Assembly: GCA_951406725.2 (NCBI GenBank)
Contig: OX597833.1
Span: 15,314,001-15,378,000 of the forward strand
Source: Octopus vulgaris
Lineage: Eukaryota
Length of the DNA: 64,000 bases
Direction: 5' to 3'
Under the pieces are notes generated by a model. That model saw nothing but the letters and a program-made list of their open reading frames with translations. It searched no databases and had not been told where the DNA came from. The number at the start of each line of letters is the position of its first letter. Within the stretch, counting starts at the first letter, position 1. The position numbers and the translations under genes were made by a program. Shown piece after piece: positions 13,466-25,390 of this stretch.

Positions 13466-13762
13466 TAATCAATATAGGGTGGCAAAAAATTTCGTAGAAT
13501 TTATTTGCCACCAGCGGCCTAGTGGGAAACAAATTAAATAGTCATAGACCATTTATAAGTTCAACATCACAATCAAGGAATGGCCATAATAGGGCATTCA
13601 CCCACTAGAAATATTTCTAGTGGGTGAATGGCCTATTATGGCCATTCCTTGATTGTGATATATATATATATATATATATATATGACTGTGTGTGTCTTTG
13701 TATGTCTGTGTTTTTATCCCCCCAACATCGCTTGACAACCGATGCTGGTGTATTTGCTTCCC
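13275..13762 (+). mobile_element. SINE-B copy, 3' truncated, with an insertion in its internal microsatellite
   Basis: Head at 13275-13430, (TA)n interrupted by 13465-13660, second half at 13685-13762. Confidence 0.85.
13566..13659. repeat. Loopless palindrome with 47-bp arms and 1 mismatch
   Basis: ATCACAATCAAGGAATGGCCATAATAGGGCATTCACCCACTAGAAAT is followed directly by its reverse complement. Confidence 0.97.
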
Positions 13763-14250
13763 ATTATTATATAAATAATTTGGCTGGATGATTCCCTCAG
13801 TGCCTTTTCTGCTTTCTTTGTATCGTCTGTGTGGATGTTTTGTTGTCCCTGTTTTTGTATCACCTAACTGAAAGATTTTAGGCTACTAAAAACTTCAGTC
13901 ATATATCTTAAGGGTTAATTAGATAGATAATTGTCGAGTTATTATTCTTGAATATTGTTGATATTCAAAAGCCGTTACGATAATTATTAAGGTTACCTAT
14001 TTAATCACCTACCTAGAATAATTTTCACCGCAAATTTGCTACCAAATAAATATAGTATCGAACCTGTGGTGAAGCGTTATTTTCTATTCACTCAGTGTCA
14101 TATCCAACATGATTCCTTTCATTGAAAGACTCCGTCTCATCGCATTTATTTAGCCACTTGAAACCATTAACGAAAGCATGGACCCTGCTTTTAAAAAATT
14201 CATATTCATTTGGAAGTGACTGCCGAATATATACATTCATACACACATAC

Positions 14251-14650
14251 AGGCGCAGGAGTGGCTGCGTGGTAAGTAGCTTGATTACCAACCACATAGT
14301 TCCGGGTTCAGTCCCACTGCGTGGTACCTTGGGCAAGCGTCTTCTACTATAGCCTCGGGCCGACCAAAGCTTTGTGAGTGGATTTGGTAGACAGAAACTG
14401 AAAGAAGCCCGTCGTATATATATATATATATGTGCGTGTATGTTTGTGTGTCTGTGTTTGTCCCCCTAGTATTGCTTGACAACCGATGCTGGTGTGTTTA
14501 TATCCCCGTCACTTAGCGGTTCGGCAAAAGGGACCGATAGAATAAGTACTGGGCTTACAAAGAATAAGTCCCCGGTCGAGTTGCTCGATTAAAAGTGGTG
14601 CTCCAGCATGGCCGCAGTCAAATGACTGAAACAAGTAAAAGAGTAAAGAG
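14251..14650 (+). mobile_element. SINE family B full copy
   Basis: tRNA-like head GGCGCAGGAGTGGCTGCGTGGTAAG..GGTTCAGTCCC, then a CCTTGGGCAAG motif, internal (TA)n(TG)n and a GTAAAAGA-repeat tail. Confidence 0.95.
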
Positions 14651-15705
14651 TTGTAAAAAGCAGGACTGCAGTAAGTGCCGTGGTTTCCAGTCCACTTTCT
14701 TCCAAATATTTTCGACGCTTGTTATTCACTTTTGCAGTTAGCTAATGGCTGAATCCACTATTCGAATAAACAGCTATTTTTAATTCTTTTTTTTTAACCT
14801 CCTTTTCCACGTATCATCGTTATAAATACTAAAATTCAAATTTTGTAAACGAAGTGTTTCTGGTTTTGCGATTTCAAAGAAACAGTCCGTCGTGGACGTG
14901 ACTTGCTTCGACTAATATAGAGCTATTATTCTTTCGCCTAAAATAATTTCCGGCATATTCTGAGAATTGGACAACGAAAGAAATAAAAAAAAGGATATTG
15001 ATCTTCGTTACATCTACAAAGAAAGCTACCTTTCAGCCTTTCAGAAAAGGAAAGCAATTTTAAATGACGTCAAGACACGCACACTTACATGTTTACGAAC
15101 AACACATGTCTGTTGATCAATAAATGGAGGAATCCCGTCACTTTAATGTACATTAGAAGAAGACAGGATTTTTCTTTTCATTCTTCTGCGAAAACATTCA
15201 TAAACAAAGAAAAGTAATTTTCTGCTTTCCATGAAGTAGATGTTAACAATCGCAAACATTCAATCGCTCACGATACAAAAATATATTGGAAATGAAAGTG
15301 AAATATCGTGTCATATAATCTAGGTTCTGTTTTGGTGGCTGGTGAGCTTTGTTGGGCTGGGTGACATTATAGTGGAAGGGCTTTGTATGTGTGGTGCTTT
15401 GTGTGTGTAGAGAGAGTTGAGTGTAAGAGGAACGTGTAACAGTGTAGGTGTCTATATTTTCATCAGTATAGAATAACTAGAATACAATTGAGAACTTGAG
15501 ACTGTGCATTGGTAACCTTAATAACACAACGATGTCTTAACCTATCTTAACCTGAATAAAACGATAATTTTATACATGTAATAATATGCTATGGGCAATT
15601 TGTGCAATAGAAATCCCATATTCCAGCCTTTCATAATTACCGTTATATAATAATATATATTGAATTCTGATTATGAAATAAATTTACACTATATATTTAC
15701 ACTAT

Positions 15706-15874
15706 ACGGCATAGGAGTGGCTATGGGGCAAGTAGCTTGCTTACCAAGCACATGGTTCCAGGTTCAGTCCCACTGCGAGGCGCCTTAGGTAAGAGTCTTC
15801 TACTATAGCCTCGGGCCGACTAAAGCCTTGTGAGTGGATTTGGTAGACGGAAACGGAAAGAATCCCGTCGTACA

Positions 15875-15928
<54 letters not shown>

Positions 15929-16152
15929 AGTGTGTGTGTGTGTGTCTTTCTGAGTCTGTGTTTTATCCCCCCCAACATCTCTTGACAACCGATGCTGGTG
16001 TGTTTGCGTCTTGTATAACTTAACAGTTCGGCAAAAGAGATCGATATAATAAGTACTTGGCTTACAAATAATAAGTCCTGGGTTGATTTGGTCGACTAAA
16101 GGCGTTGTGTTAGCTTGGCCGCAGCCAAAGTTATTGAAACAAGTAAAAGAGT
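15706..16152 (+). mobile_element. SINE family B full copy
   Basis: Consensus match. Shares private substitutions with the 13275 copy. Confidence 0.92.
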
Positions 16153-16587
16153 ATATTTTTTTAAAAAAATAATTAATTAATGTCAATTCTGCTTCGGAAG
16201 ACGCAACATGGGGCATCTGTAATATTTTCCAGAATGCATTTCCAGAATTACATGTACGAAATGTAAGAATTTTCGAAATACTCAAAACAAAACAAATGAC
16301 TTTCGATTAGTGTTAGCATTTTATGTTCAGGATAAAGATTAGTGTTTATGGTGAATGTTTAAGATAAACGTTTACAGTGAACGTTTTAGGGTTAGGGTGT
16401 AGGATTCAAGTGTTAAGAATATCACATAGAAAATAAGTATTTAAGGAGAATTTCTTCTTATTTAACCATGATTTAATATTGTTGTAACATTAATGAATAA
16501 AAGTATCCCTCAATTTTCGAAGTAAATAAAATGTTACGAGCTGTTTTGCGTTTATTTACACAGTTGGTCAACCGCGAGATATATACT

Positions 16588-17220
16588 TATTTCTTGACTG
16601 CCCACAAGGGGCTAAACATAGAAGAGACAAACAAGGCCAGAGAAAGGGATTAAGTCGAATACATCGACCCCAGTGCTTAACTGGTACTTAATTTATCGAC
16701 CCCAAAATGCTGAAAGGCAAACTCGATCTCGGCGGAATTTGAACTCAGAACGTAAAGACAGACGAAATACTTGTTTCTTTATTACCCAGAAGTAGCTAAA
16801 TATAGAGGGGACAAATAAGGACAGACAAACGGATTAATTCTAATACATCGACCCCAGTGCTTAACTGGTACTTAATTTATCGACCCCGAAAGGATGAAAG
16901 GCAAAGTCGACCTCGACGGAATTTGAACTCAGAACGTAACGGCAGACGAAATAACGCTAAGCATTTCGCCCGGCGTGCTAACGTTTCTTATTTCTTTACT
17001 ACCCACAAGGGGCTAAACACATAGAGGTCAAACAAGGACAGACAAACGGATTAAGTCGATTATATCGACCCCAGTGCGTAACTGGTACTTAGTTTATCGA
17101 CCCCGAAAAGATGAAAGGCAAGGTCGACCTCAGCGGAATTTGAACTCAGAACGTAACGGCAGACGAAATACTGCTAAGCATTTTGCCCGGCGTGCTAATG
17201 TTTCTGCCAGCTAGCCGCTT
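16588..17220 (-). mobile_element. SINE-A trimer with a 12-bp TSD
   Basis: Three body units. ACCGCGAGATAT occurs at 16571-16582 and 17223-17234. Confidence 0.93.
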
Positions 17221-17390
17221 TGACCGCGAGATATTTTCTGCAAGACAAAACACAGTGAACGACTTGTTTATATGTACGAACGTGCTATTAGCATATTCGA
17301 ACTTGTAATAACATTACAAATAATAAAATATAACATTCGAGCGGGGCAGGAAGGATGCTTATTGCAAGACTACACCATGTGCAGTATATA

Positions 17391-17790
17391 CTCTCTTTTT
17401 CTCTTTTACTTGTTTCAGTCATTTGACTGCGGCCATGCTGGAGCACCGCCTTTAATCGAGCAACTCGACCCCGGGACTTATTCTTTTGTAAGCCCAGTAC
17501 TTATTATATCGGTCTCCTTTGCCGAACCGCTAAGTAACGGGGACGTAAACACACCAGCATCGGTTGTCAAGCAATGCTAGGGGAACAAACACAGACACAC
17601 AAACACACACACATACTTATATATAAACATATATACGACGGGCTTCTTTCAGTTTCCGTCTACCAAATCCACTCACAAGGCTTTGGTCGGCCCGAGGCTA
17701 TAGTAGAAGACACTTGCCCAAGATGCCACGCAGTGGGACTGAACCCGGAACCATGTGGTTGGTAAACAAGCTACTTACCACACAGCCACT
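17391..17790 (-). mobile_element. SINE family B full copy
   Basis: Consensus match on the reverse strand. Confidence 0.95.
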
Positions 17791-18168
17791 CGATTTATAC
17801 GTATTAAATGAAATGCAAATATGTTTTAAGAAGTACAAAACACCACCATTTTTGTTACAAGATTTGTTGCAGATTAAAATATAATGAACATCACAGTGAG
17901 GCAAGGATGGTGTTTATTGCACAAATCAACAAAGTGTTGTGTAGTAATTGTCATCTTATTCTTGTTTATAGGGCTTGCATGAAATAAAAATAAACATTTA
18001 AGAAAAAAATATATATTCTGTATGGATTTTTGTATGAGATCAAAATACTATGAAGGACACACGTTGAAGTAAATCCGATATCTTAGCCAGGAAACGAGTG
18101 TTTTATGTTCAACGCCACGTCGTGTATCCTTCCGGTTCATTTGAATTTTTAATAATTTCATTTACATT

Positions 18169-18570
18169 AAGGCGGCGAGCTGGCAGAAACGTTAACACGC
18201 CGGATAAAATGCTTAGCAGTATTTCGTCTGCCGCTACGTTCTGAGTTCAAATTCTGCCGAGGTCGACTTTGCTCTTCATCCTTTCGGGGTCGATAAATTA
18301 AGTACCAGTTACGCACTGGGGTCGATGTAATCGACTTAATCCCTTTGTCTGTTCTTGTTTACCCCCTCTGTGTTTAGCCCCTTGTGGGTAGTAAAGAAAT
18401 AGGTATTTCGTTTGCCGATACGTCTGAGTTCAAATTCCGCCGAGGTCGACTTTGCCTTTCATCCTTTCGGGGTCGATAAATTAAGTACCAGTTGGGTACT
18501 GATGTCGATCTAATCGACTGGACCCCACCCCCAAAATTTCGGGCCTTGTACCTAGAGTAGAGAAGAATAA
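18169..18570 (+). mobile_element. SINE-A dimer whose second unit has an alternative tail; degenerate copies follow to ~19060
   Basis: Junction GAAATAGGTATTTCG at ~18397. AATAATTTCATTT occurs on both flanks. Confidence 0.88.
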
Positions 18571-19707
18571 TTTCATTTGCATCAAGGTGGCGATTTGGCA
18601 CAATCGTTAGAATGCTTAGTGGCTCTTTATCCTTACGTTCGGAGTTCAAATTCGACTGAGGTCAACTTTTCATTTAAACATTCCGGGCTTGATAAATTGA
18701 GTACCAGTTCACACCTGGGATATATGTAATCGACTTAACTCCTCACTAGAAATTTCTTTTTTGTATCTAAGTCTGAGACCAATATTTTCATTTAAATTAA
18801 ATCTAAGAGCTATCAGAATTTTTACCACGCCACTAAAAATCCTAAGCGGCATTCCGTCCATCATAAAAGTTTACATTCCAGTGAGGTCCAATTTATCCTT
18901 TATTCTTTCAGGGTCGATAAAATAATTACTAGTACAGCACTGGTGTCAATGTAGTCGAGTCACAAGGCTTTGGTCGGCCCGAGACTATAGGTGAAGACCC
19001 TTGTCCAAATTACACCTCGAACTTACACCGCTGGTGCCAAAACAGGAAACCAGCTGTTTGATTTACACCATATCAGGAGCTGCCTGCACCCCAGTATTTC
19101 AAAGAACATATCACGAATTTGGATGTCCCATATATTTTATGGCCTGATTGTTATAAACCTAGAAATTTCTTTACTGAAACACAACGTAGAGACGTTCTTA
19201 TTTTTCACACTAATGTATAATATAAATTGGACATTGGTGATCATTGTATTTTTTCTTGTCTTGAGGTTCACAGCCAAACGGCTGGGCGGATTCGCGTGAA
19301 AAATGGCACACATGTGGAGAATGGTGCATAGATTGGAATGCGGTTTGTATTTTTTCCCTAGCCCCCATAATTATTGAGGAAATCGATTAAAACGTTTTCT
19401 AATGGAATTCCCCTGATTGTTCTGCCATTAAAACAACCAGTTGCTCATACAGCCGGCATATACCGTTTCGCTAGCAACAAGGGGAGTACAGGATGACAGC
19501 CAGCCAAAACTTTCGCTATGCTGTCTCTCTTCTTTCACCTATTTGAGGGGTTAAAAATCTTAATCGTTAGTTAGTTTCTCATTCAAACTACATAATAGGC
19601 AGAATTGTCGGATTAGGACAGTAGGGTGTTTTGAGGGAGATTTGGCTGCTATTTCTACCAGGTCTAGCTACCATGTACAGGTCTGAACTTAATGTTTTCA
19701 TTCACAT

Positions 19708-19936
19708 ATTATTTCTTTACTACCCACAAGGGGCTAAACATAGAGAGGACAAGGAAGGACAGACAAAGGGATTAAACCGATTACATCGACTCCAGTGCGT
19801 AACTGGTTCTTAATTTATAAAACCCCGAAAGGATAAAAGGCAAAGTCGACCTCGGCGGAATTTGAACTCAGAACATAGTGGCAGACGAAGTACGGCTACG
19901 CATTTCGCCTGGCGTGTTAACGTTTCTGCCAGCTCC
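19708..19936 (-). mobile_element. SINE-A monomer
   Basis: Consensus match, with CACATAT on both flanks. Confidence 0.9.
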
Positions 19937-20009
19937 ACATATGCCTAACCGAAAGCGATCACAGCCACATCATCCAAACAGACCGGGTGAAACCGGGCTT
20001 AGCTGCTAG

Positions 20010-20804
20010 TCTTTATATATAAAAGTGAAGTTGTGTGTCTGTCTCCTACGATTTAGATTCCTAACTACTCCCACATTTTTGCGGTGCAGTTTAACCAAAA
20101 CCGGGTATCTTATAGTCGTGATTCATATCGAGCCCTTCTGGGTATTAGCACGAGTCTACGATGAGTCTACGATTTAAAAAAAAAATAACGCCGGGCGATA
20201 CTGCTAGTTATATATAAAAGTGAAGTTGTGTGTCTGTCTCCTACGATTTAGATTCCTAACTACTCCCACATTTTGTGGTGCAGTTTAACTAAAACAGGGT
20301 ATCTTATAGTCGTGATTCATATCGAGCCTTTCTGGGTATTAGCACGCGTCTACGATGAGTCTACGATTAAAAAAAAAATTACCATCATTTTTTTCCACTT
20401 TAATGCATTTTTTTCGCTATTACATACGGGAAGTAACTCTCTAAAAATGTCTAGGATGAGTCAACGATTTAAAAAAAAAATTACCATAATTTTTTCCCAT
20501 TTTAATGCAATTTTTTCGCTATTACATAAGGGAAGTAACTCTCTAAAAATGTCTACGATGAGTCAACGATTTAAAAAAACATTACCATCATTTTTTTCCA
20601 TTTTAATTCATTTTTTTCGCTATTAAATAAGGGAAGTAACTCTCTAAAAATGTCTACGATGAGTCAACGATTTCAAAAAAAATTTACCATCATTTTTTTC
20701 CATTTTTAATGCATTTTTTTGCTACTTTTTGGCTATAACTCTCTAAAAATGCTTATATAGTTATTTCCCTTACAAACCCGAGCAACGCCGGGCGATACTG
20801 CTAG
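20010..20804 (+). mobile_element. Tandem non-autonomous Helitrons (20010-20207, 20208-20804) with ~101-bp internal repeats
   Basis: 5' TC start. 3' end is a GC hairpin CCCGAGCAACGCCGGG, then a short spacer, then CTAG followed by T. No TIR or TSD. About four internal tandem units at 20349-20750. Confidence 0.85.
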
Positions 20805-21653
20805 TTTTATATAAAACCAAATTATACAGAATTATAACGATTTTTGTAGGAACTATAAACGACAAATAGTAGCGTGGCGTGGTAATAAATAGGAACTGAT
20901 CGTTCTTGACAACAAATTTAATATAACGTAATCAGGAGCAAACACACAAAATGACAATACAGGGTAAGTTAGATTACTTTAGTCGTAGCATATTTCCACT
21001 CGCATCATGGTTATAAATCACTTCACTTACTATTTATGAAGACACGTGGGATTTAGCTGAACGTACTGCGGAGCACTAAAGTACATTAGTCTGCAATGTG
21101 TCGTTTTATTAACCTATTTCATATTCATTTTACTTTCACTTTCATTTTTCTTTTTTTGCTTTTCATTTCTTCATCTTTGATGTATCTTTTCTCATCTCTT
21201 TGTACACAAGTTCTATTTTGCTTCAATGTTGTTCACTTCCTAGATATATATTTTTTTCCCTTTATTTTCTTACGCGATGTCGTGTGATTGCATCCGATCT
21301 TCTTTCTGTTGTTTTTTTTTTTTGTTTCTTCGCTTTACTCAATATTTCTTACGCTTTCGATGTTTCGTTTATAACTTCTTTGACGTATGATTGGTTTATT
21401 TCCCTTGTCACTTCATTCGACATTCACCCCTTTCTTTTCCCGCTGTTTGCTATATTTTAAGACCTATTACTGCTTTATCACTTCCCATATATTTCGAATA
21501 ACCATAAAATATTCTTTCATATTGACTTTATAAATTCTTCATTCACATTTTACAAATTACATTATCGACTTGAGTGCTCTCACGCACAAATTATTTGGCT
21601 TAAAAGTACACGACATAGACAGCTTCTGATTTTTCTATTCATACATAATATTT

Positions 21654-21665
21654 ATGGTTAATATA

Positions 21666-21705
<40 letters not shown>

Positions 21706-21762
21706 CATATATATATACATATATATATGTGTACATATTACAAATATACAAGTATATATTAC

Positions 21763-21815
<53 letters not shown>
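21654..21815. repeat. (TA)n microsatellite
   Basis: Directly visible. Confidence 0.97.
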
Positions 21816-21818
<3 letters not shown>

Positions 21819-22005
21819 GGAAGAGTTCACGCAAAAAGCAAATGACGAAGACAAGTGGTGTAGAAAACAAACAGATGTATTAGTATAACGCTCAGGATGT
21901 GAAAACATCTTTTACGTTTCGAGCCTAAGCTCTTCTACAGAAAGGAACACAGAAAAAAAAAACAAGGAGAGAAACAAGTAGAGAAAAAATGCGTGTAATG
22001 ACTAC
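21816..22005 (-). mobile_element. Penelope-like terminal repeat fragment with degenerate hammerhead motif
   Basis: Homologous to 61455-61635 and 56960-57090. Minus strand reads CTGTAGA-AGAGC-TTAG-GCTC-GAAACGTA. Confidence 0.6.
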
Positions 22006-22039
22006 ATATACATATACATACATACATATATATATAAAT

Positions 22040-22820
22040 AAATGAAAGAATGGAGTTGAACGACGATTTAACAAAATTCCTTTATTCTCGACATATGTTT
22101 CGAAGGCTGCATATTCCTAATTTCGAAGGAATAAGGGATGCATTATGCTGCCTTCTCATCAGGAAAAACAAGGAACTTATGTCAGCATCAAGGTGAACAA
22201 AAGCTCTTAGATGACTGCCCACACGGAGCCCATAGCGATAATGAGTGTTTCTTTAAAATATTCCGTTATAAGCAGTGACGTCAAAAATGGTTGAATGTAG
22301 AAGATTCTAGAGAGTTCAAGGGTTCAAACTAGGTTGGAGGAGAGAGGTCTAAGAATAGGAAGGTGACAGGGTGCAAGTCATATGAATGGTGATTTGTTGT
22401 TGTTTTCTTTTGTGATTGAGTGTCTATGTGTGTGTATGTATATAACTGCATTCGTGTCTATGTGTGTGTATGTGTGTGCGTGATTGTGTGTGTGGTTGGG
22501 TAGATGCCAAAAAGAAACAGTGGTGAAGTGACAGGTTTGTGTCTGTGTGTTTGATTGTGCTTACGATAGAGAGAGGGAAAGAGAGAGAGGAGGGTGAGGT
22601 AGAGAGACAAAGGTAAAACATATCTCCACGAATTTAGTAGTAGTCCTTTATGCGTATAAAAAATGTTTCTTTCATGCTTCATATTTTAGAGAGACTACTC
22701 GATAGAGAGACCTTAAGCCAAGAGATTTTGGGATCTGACTACACGCCGTAAAGCTAAACGCTTCATAAACGTGAGAGCCAGGATAACCCCATAACTATAA
22801 GTTATCTAACTTATTTGTAC
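22040..22820 (-). mobile_element. Penelope-like element 3' portion
   Basis: Minus-strand ..KHERNIFYTHKGLLLNS.. resembles the C-terminus of the Penelope GIY-YIG endonuclease (EK..I....LLN). It is followed by a UTR carrying a hammerhead. Confidence 0.65.
22077..22175 (-). ncRNA. Type I hammerhead ribozyme with a complete core
   Basis: UUCCUUGUUUUUC-CUGAUGA-GAAGGC..GCCUUC-GAAA-C-AUAU-GUC-GAGAAUAAAGGAA. Intact core, extended stem II, minimal stem III, and stem I with an internal loop. Confidence 0.85.
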
Positions 22821-22846
22821 TGCATATATATATTAAATAGTCAATG

Positions 22847-23017
22847 GGCGCAGGAGTGGCTGTGCGGTAAGTAGCTTGCTAACCAACCACATGGTTCCGG
22901 GTTCAGTCCCACTGCGTGGTATCTTGGGCAAATGTCTTCTGCTATAGCCCTGGGCCGACCAATGCCTTGTGAGTGGATTTGGTAGACAGAAACTGAAAGA
23001 AGCCTGTTGTATATATG

Positions 23018-23054
<37 letters not shown>

Positions 23055-23250
23055 TTGTGTGTCTGTGTTTGTCCCCCTAGCATTGCTCGACAACCGATGC
23101 TGGTGTGTTTACGTCCCCGTCCCTTAGCGGTTCGGCAAAGGAGACCGATAGAATAAGTACTGGGCTTACAAAGAATAAGTCCCGTGGTCGATTTGCTCGA
23201 CTAAAAGGCGGTGCTCCAGCATGGCCGCAGTCAAATGACTGAAAGAGGAG
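22847..23250 (+). mobile_element. SINE family B full copy
   Basis: Consensus match. Confidence 0.95.
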
Positions 23251-23921
23251 TAAACGTATGGTATACACCTGGTAGTTTGTCGGTGGAGCTAGTTTACGGG
23301 CTGAGTGCTCGGTATTTGATCAACGAGACAGACGGGAGATGGAAGATACGAGAATCTATATAGATCACTAAAATTGATTCGACCCATCTAGCATCCATCT
23401 GTTGCGGATTGTATACTGCACATTTAGGGATACTGGTGTATCCCTGAATGTAGACGTGTCACACCGGTGATTGCAAGAGGTGTCATAAAATAAATTGTTT
23501 TGCAAGATTTCGACATATAACACGAGGGCTATTAAGAGCTCGTAAATAACTGAAAAGGGTTTAGCAAGAAAGTTGGCAGATAATCAAAGGGTGATAAGAT
23601 TAGAAAGGAAAGCAGCGAGTGAAGTTACTGAAATGTCTCAAATTCCTGATGTGTAATGGCTATTGTAGCACAGCATATCTAAAGACGTTTACAATCGAAA
23701 TCGAAGGAAGTTATATTATTTACAGAAGTGAAAGAAATATTCACGGGAAAATAGATACATTTTCATGAGTGTGATGCTGACAATTTCATAAAATTCATGT
23801 GTACTCAGGTGAAAGGTAATTCATTAGCAGAGTCTACAATAGTGAGACAAACATTCATGGTGGATAAGTAATCGTGTTATTATCCACATTTAATACACAC
23901 ACACACGCACACAAACACGCA

Positions 23922-23968
<47 letters not shown>

Positions 23969-23991
23969 TATATATATATATATATATATAT

Positions 23992-24258
23992 AGCATAACT
24001 AAATCTCAGAATGAGATTGAAACAGTGATCGCTCGATAATGTAAAGTATAGAAGCCATCTTATCATGGCTAACCACGTAGGGGAGGGGGTGTTACTGTAG
24101 CTTTATAGCCCCAAGAGATCGTGCAAATACTTCAAGGGCACTGATATGGTGTCTAAAGCCAGCTAGAGACGACGATCTCTTGGGGCTATAAAGCTACAGT
24201 AACACCCCCTCCCCTATGTGGTTAGGCATGATAAGATGGGTTCTATACTTTACATTAT
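23992..24258. repeat. Asymmetric inverted repeat with 87-bp arms (24036-24122 and 24172-24258), same family as 41644-42101
   Basis: The arms are reverse complements with about 3 mismatches. Flanked by (TA)n. Confidence 0.9.
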
Positions 24259-24274
24259 ATATATATATATATAT

Positions 24275-24980
24275 AACCTCCTTCGCACTAGCCGCAAATG
24301 AATGACGGTAGATGGAATATACGAGAACTTACTGTTAATCACGACAATTGTTTCGACACTTTAAGCATTGATCCAACACGGGTGGGACATTCAACATCAT
24401 GTTCTTGATTCGACGGTCATTCGGAATGCTCACAGCAGCCATATTCCTACCGCTCTATGTCACGCTGGTGAGACCCATATTGGAGTACGGGATTCAAGCC
24501 TCTTCTCCTTATCTCCTCAAAGACATACAGCATCTCGAAAGAGTCCAGAAGTTGGCTACCCGCATGGTTCTTGGTCTCAAGAATTTGTCTTATGAAGAAA
24601 GGCTGAAGACGCTCGACCTTTATTCTCTAGAAAAACGACGACGCCGTGGTGATCTCATTCTTGCTCACAACATCATAAGCGGAAAGTGTAACCTCTCGAA
24701 AGAGCTGTTCTTCACTCCTGCTCCAGAGCGTCAGCTGCGGAGTCATTCCAAAAAGCTCTATCTGCGACGATTTCATCTCAATCGAAGGAGAGAGGCTTTC
24801 TCCGTCCTGGTTGCGGATCCGTGGAATAAGCTGCCGGACGAGATAGTGAAGATGCCGACGACCGCTCGGATCAAAGTCTCCCTTGACCACAAGTGGCCTG
24901 AACTGTTTACATGAACACCACCCTGTACATAACTCAATGTCCCCCTAAATGGCCTTGCTTTTTGCCTTTTGAGCCCAAAA

Positions 24981-24985
<5 letters not shown>
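24275..24985 (+). mobile_element. 5'-truncated CR1-clade LINE 3' end (ORF 24399-24914)
   Basis: LYVTLVRPILEYG..SPYLLKDIQHLERVQKLATRMV.GLKNLSYEERLK.LDLYSLEKRRRRGDLI..FS..VADPWNKLP is the canonical CR1 ORF2 C-terminus. Short 3' UTR, with (TA)n on both sides. Confidence 0.93.
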
Positions 24986-25011
<26 letters not shown>

Positions 25012-25214
25012 CAAAATTTAGATGAATAGCCACTAAAGTGGACACCTAATATGCTAAACATAGACGTCACATCGCCATATATATATCTATATACATACAT
25101 ACATACATACATACATAACACATACATACATACATACATGCATGCATAGAGACAGACAGGCAGACAGACAGGCACACAGACAGATATAGATATACATACA
25201 TATATATAGTTGAA

Positions 25215-25390
25215 ATTTATATAAAAGCAAAAGACGAGGACACGTGTATGTACGACAACCAATTGTATAAATTTTGACGCTCAAGAAGAGGAAAAAGCAT
25301 TTCACGTTTCGTGCAGAAGGTATTCAACAAAAAGGATAAGAGATAATAAATATTGAAAGAATGAAAAACAAAGTGGTTCGGCATAGCGCA
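25215..25390 (-). mobile_element. Degenerate Penelope-like terminal repeat fragment
   Basis: AAAGACGAGGAC..GACGCTCA..ACGTTTCG layout, as in the 6190, 21816 and 61455 copies. Confidence 0.45.

Noticed and set aside
14650-15300. Possible pogo/Tigger relic (KRKIL on the minus strand)
   Set aside because: One weak motif only, and I found no TIRs.
19065-19500. Possible LTR-retrotransposon gag remnant
   Set aside because: No LTR, primer binding site or recognisable motif.
20349-20750. CRISPR-like regular repeats (also the SINE-A arrays)
   Set aside because: The units are contiguous with no unique spacers, the context is eukaryotic and there are no cas genes.
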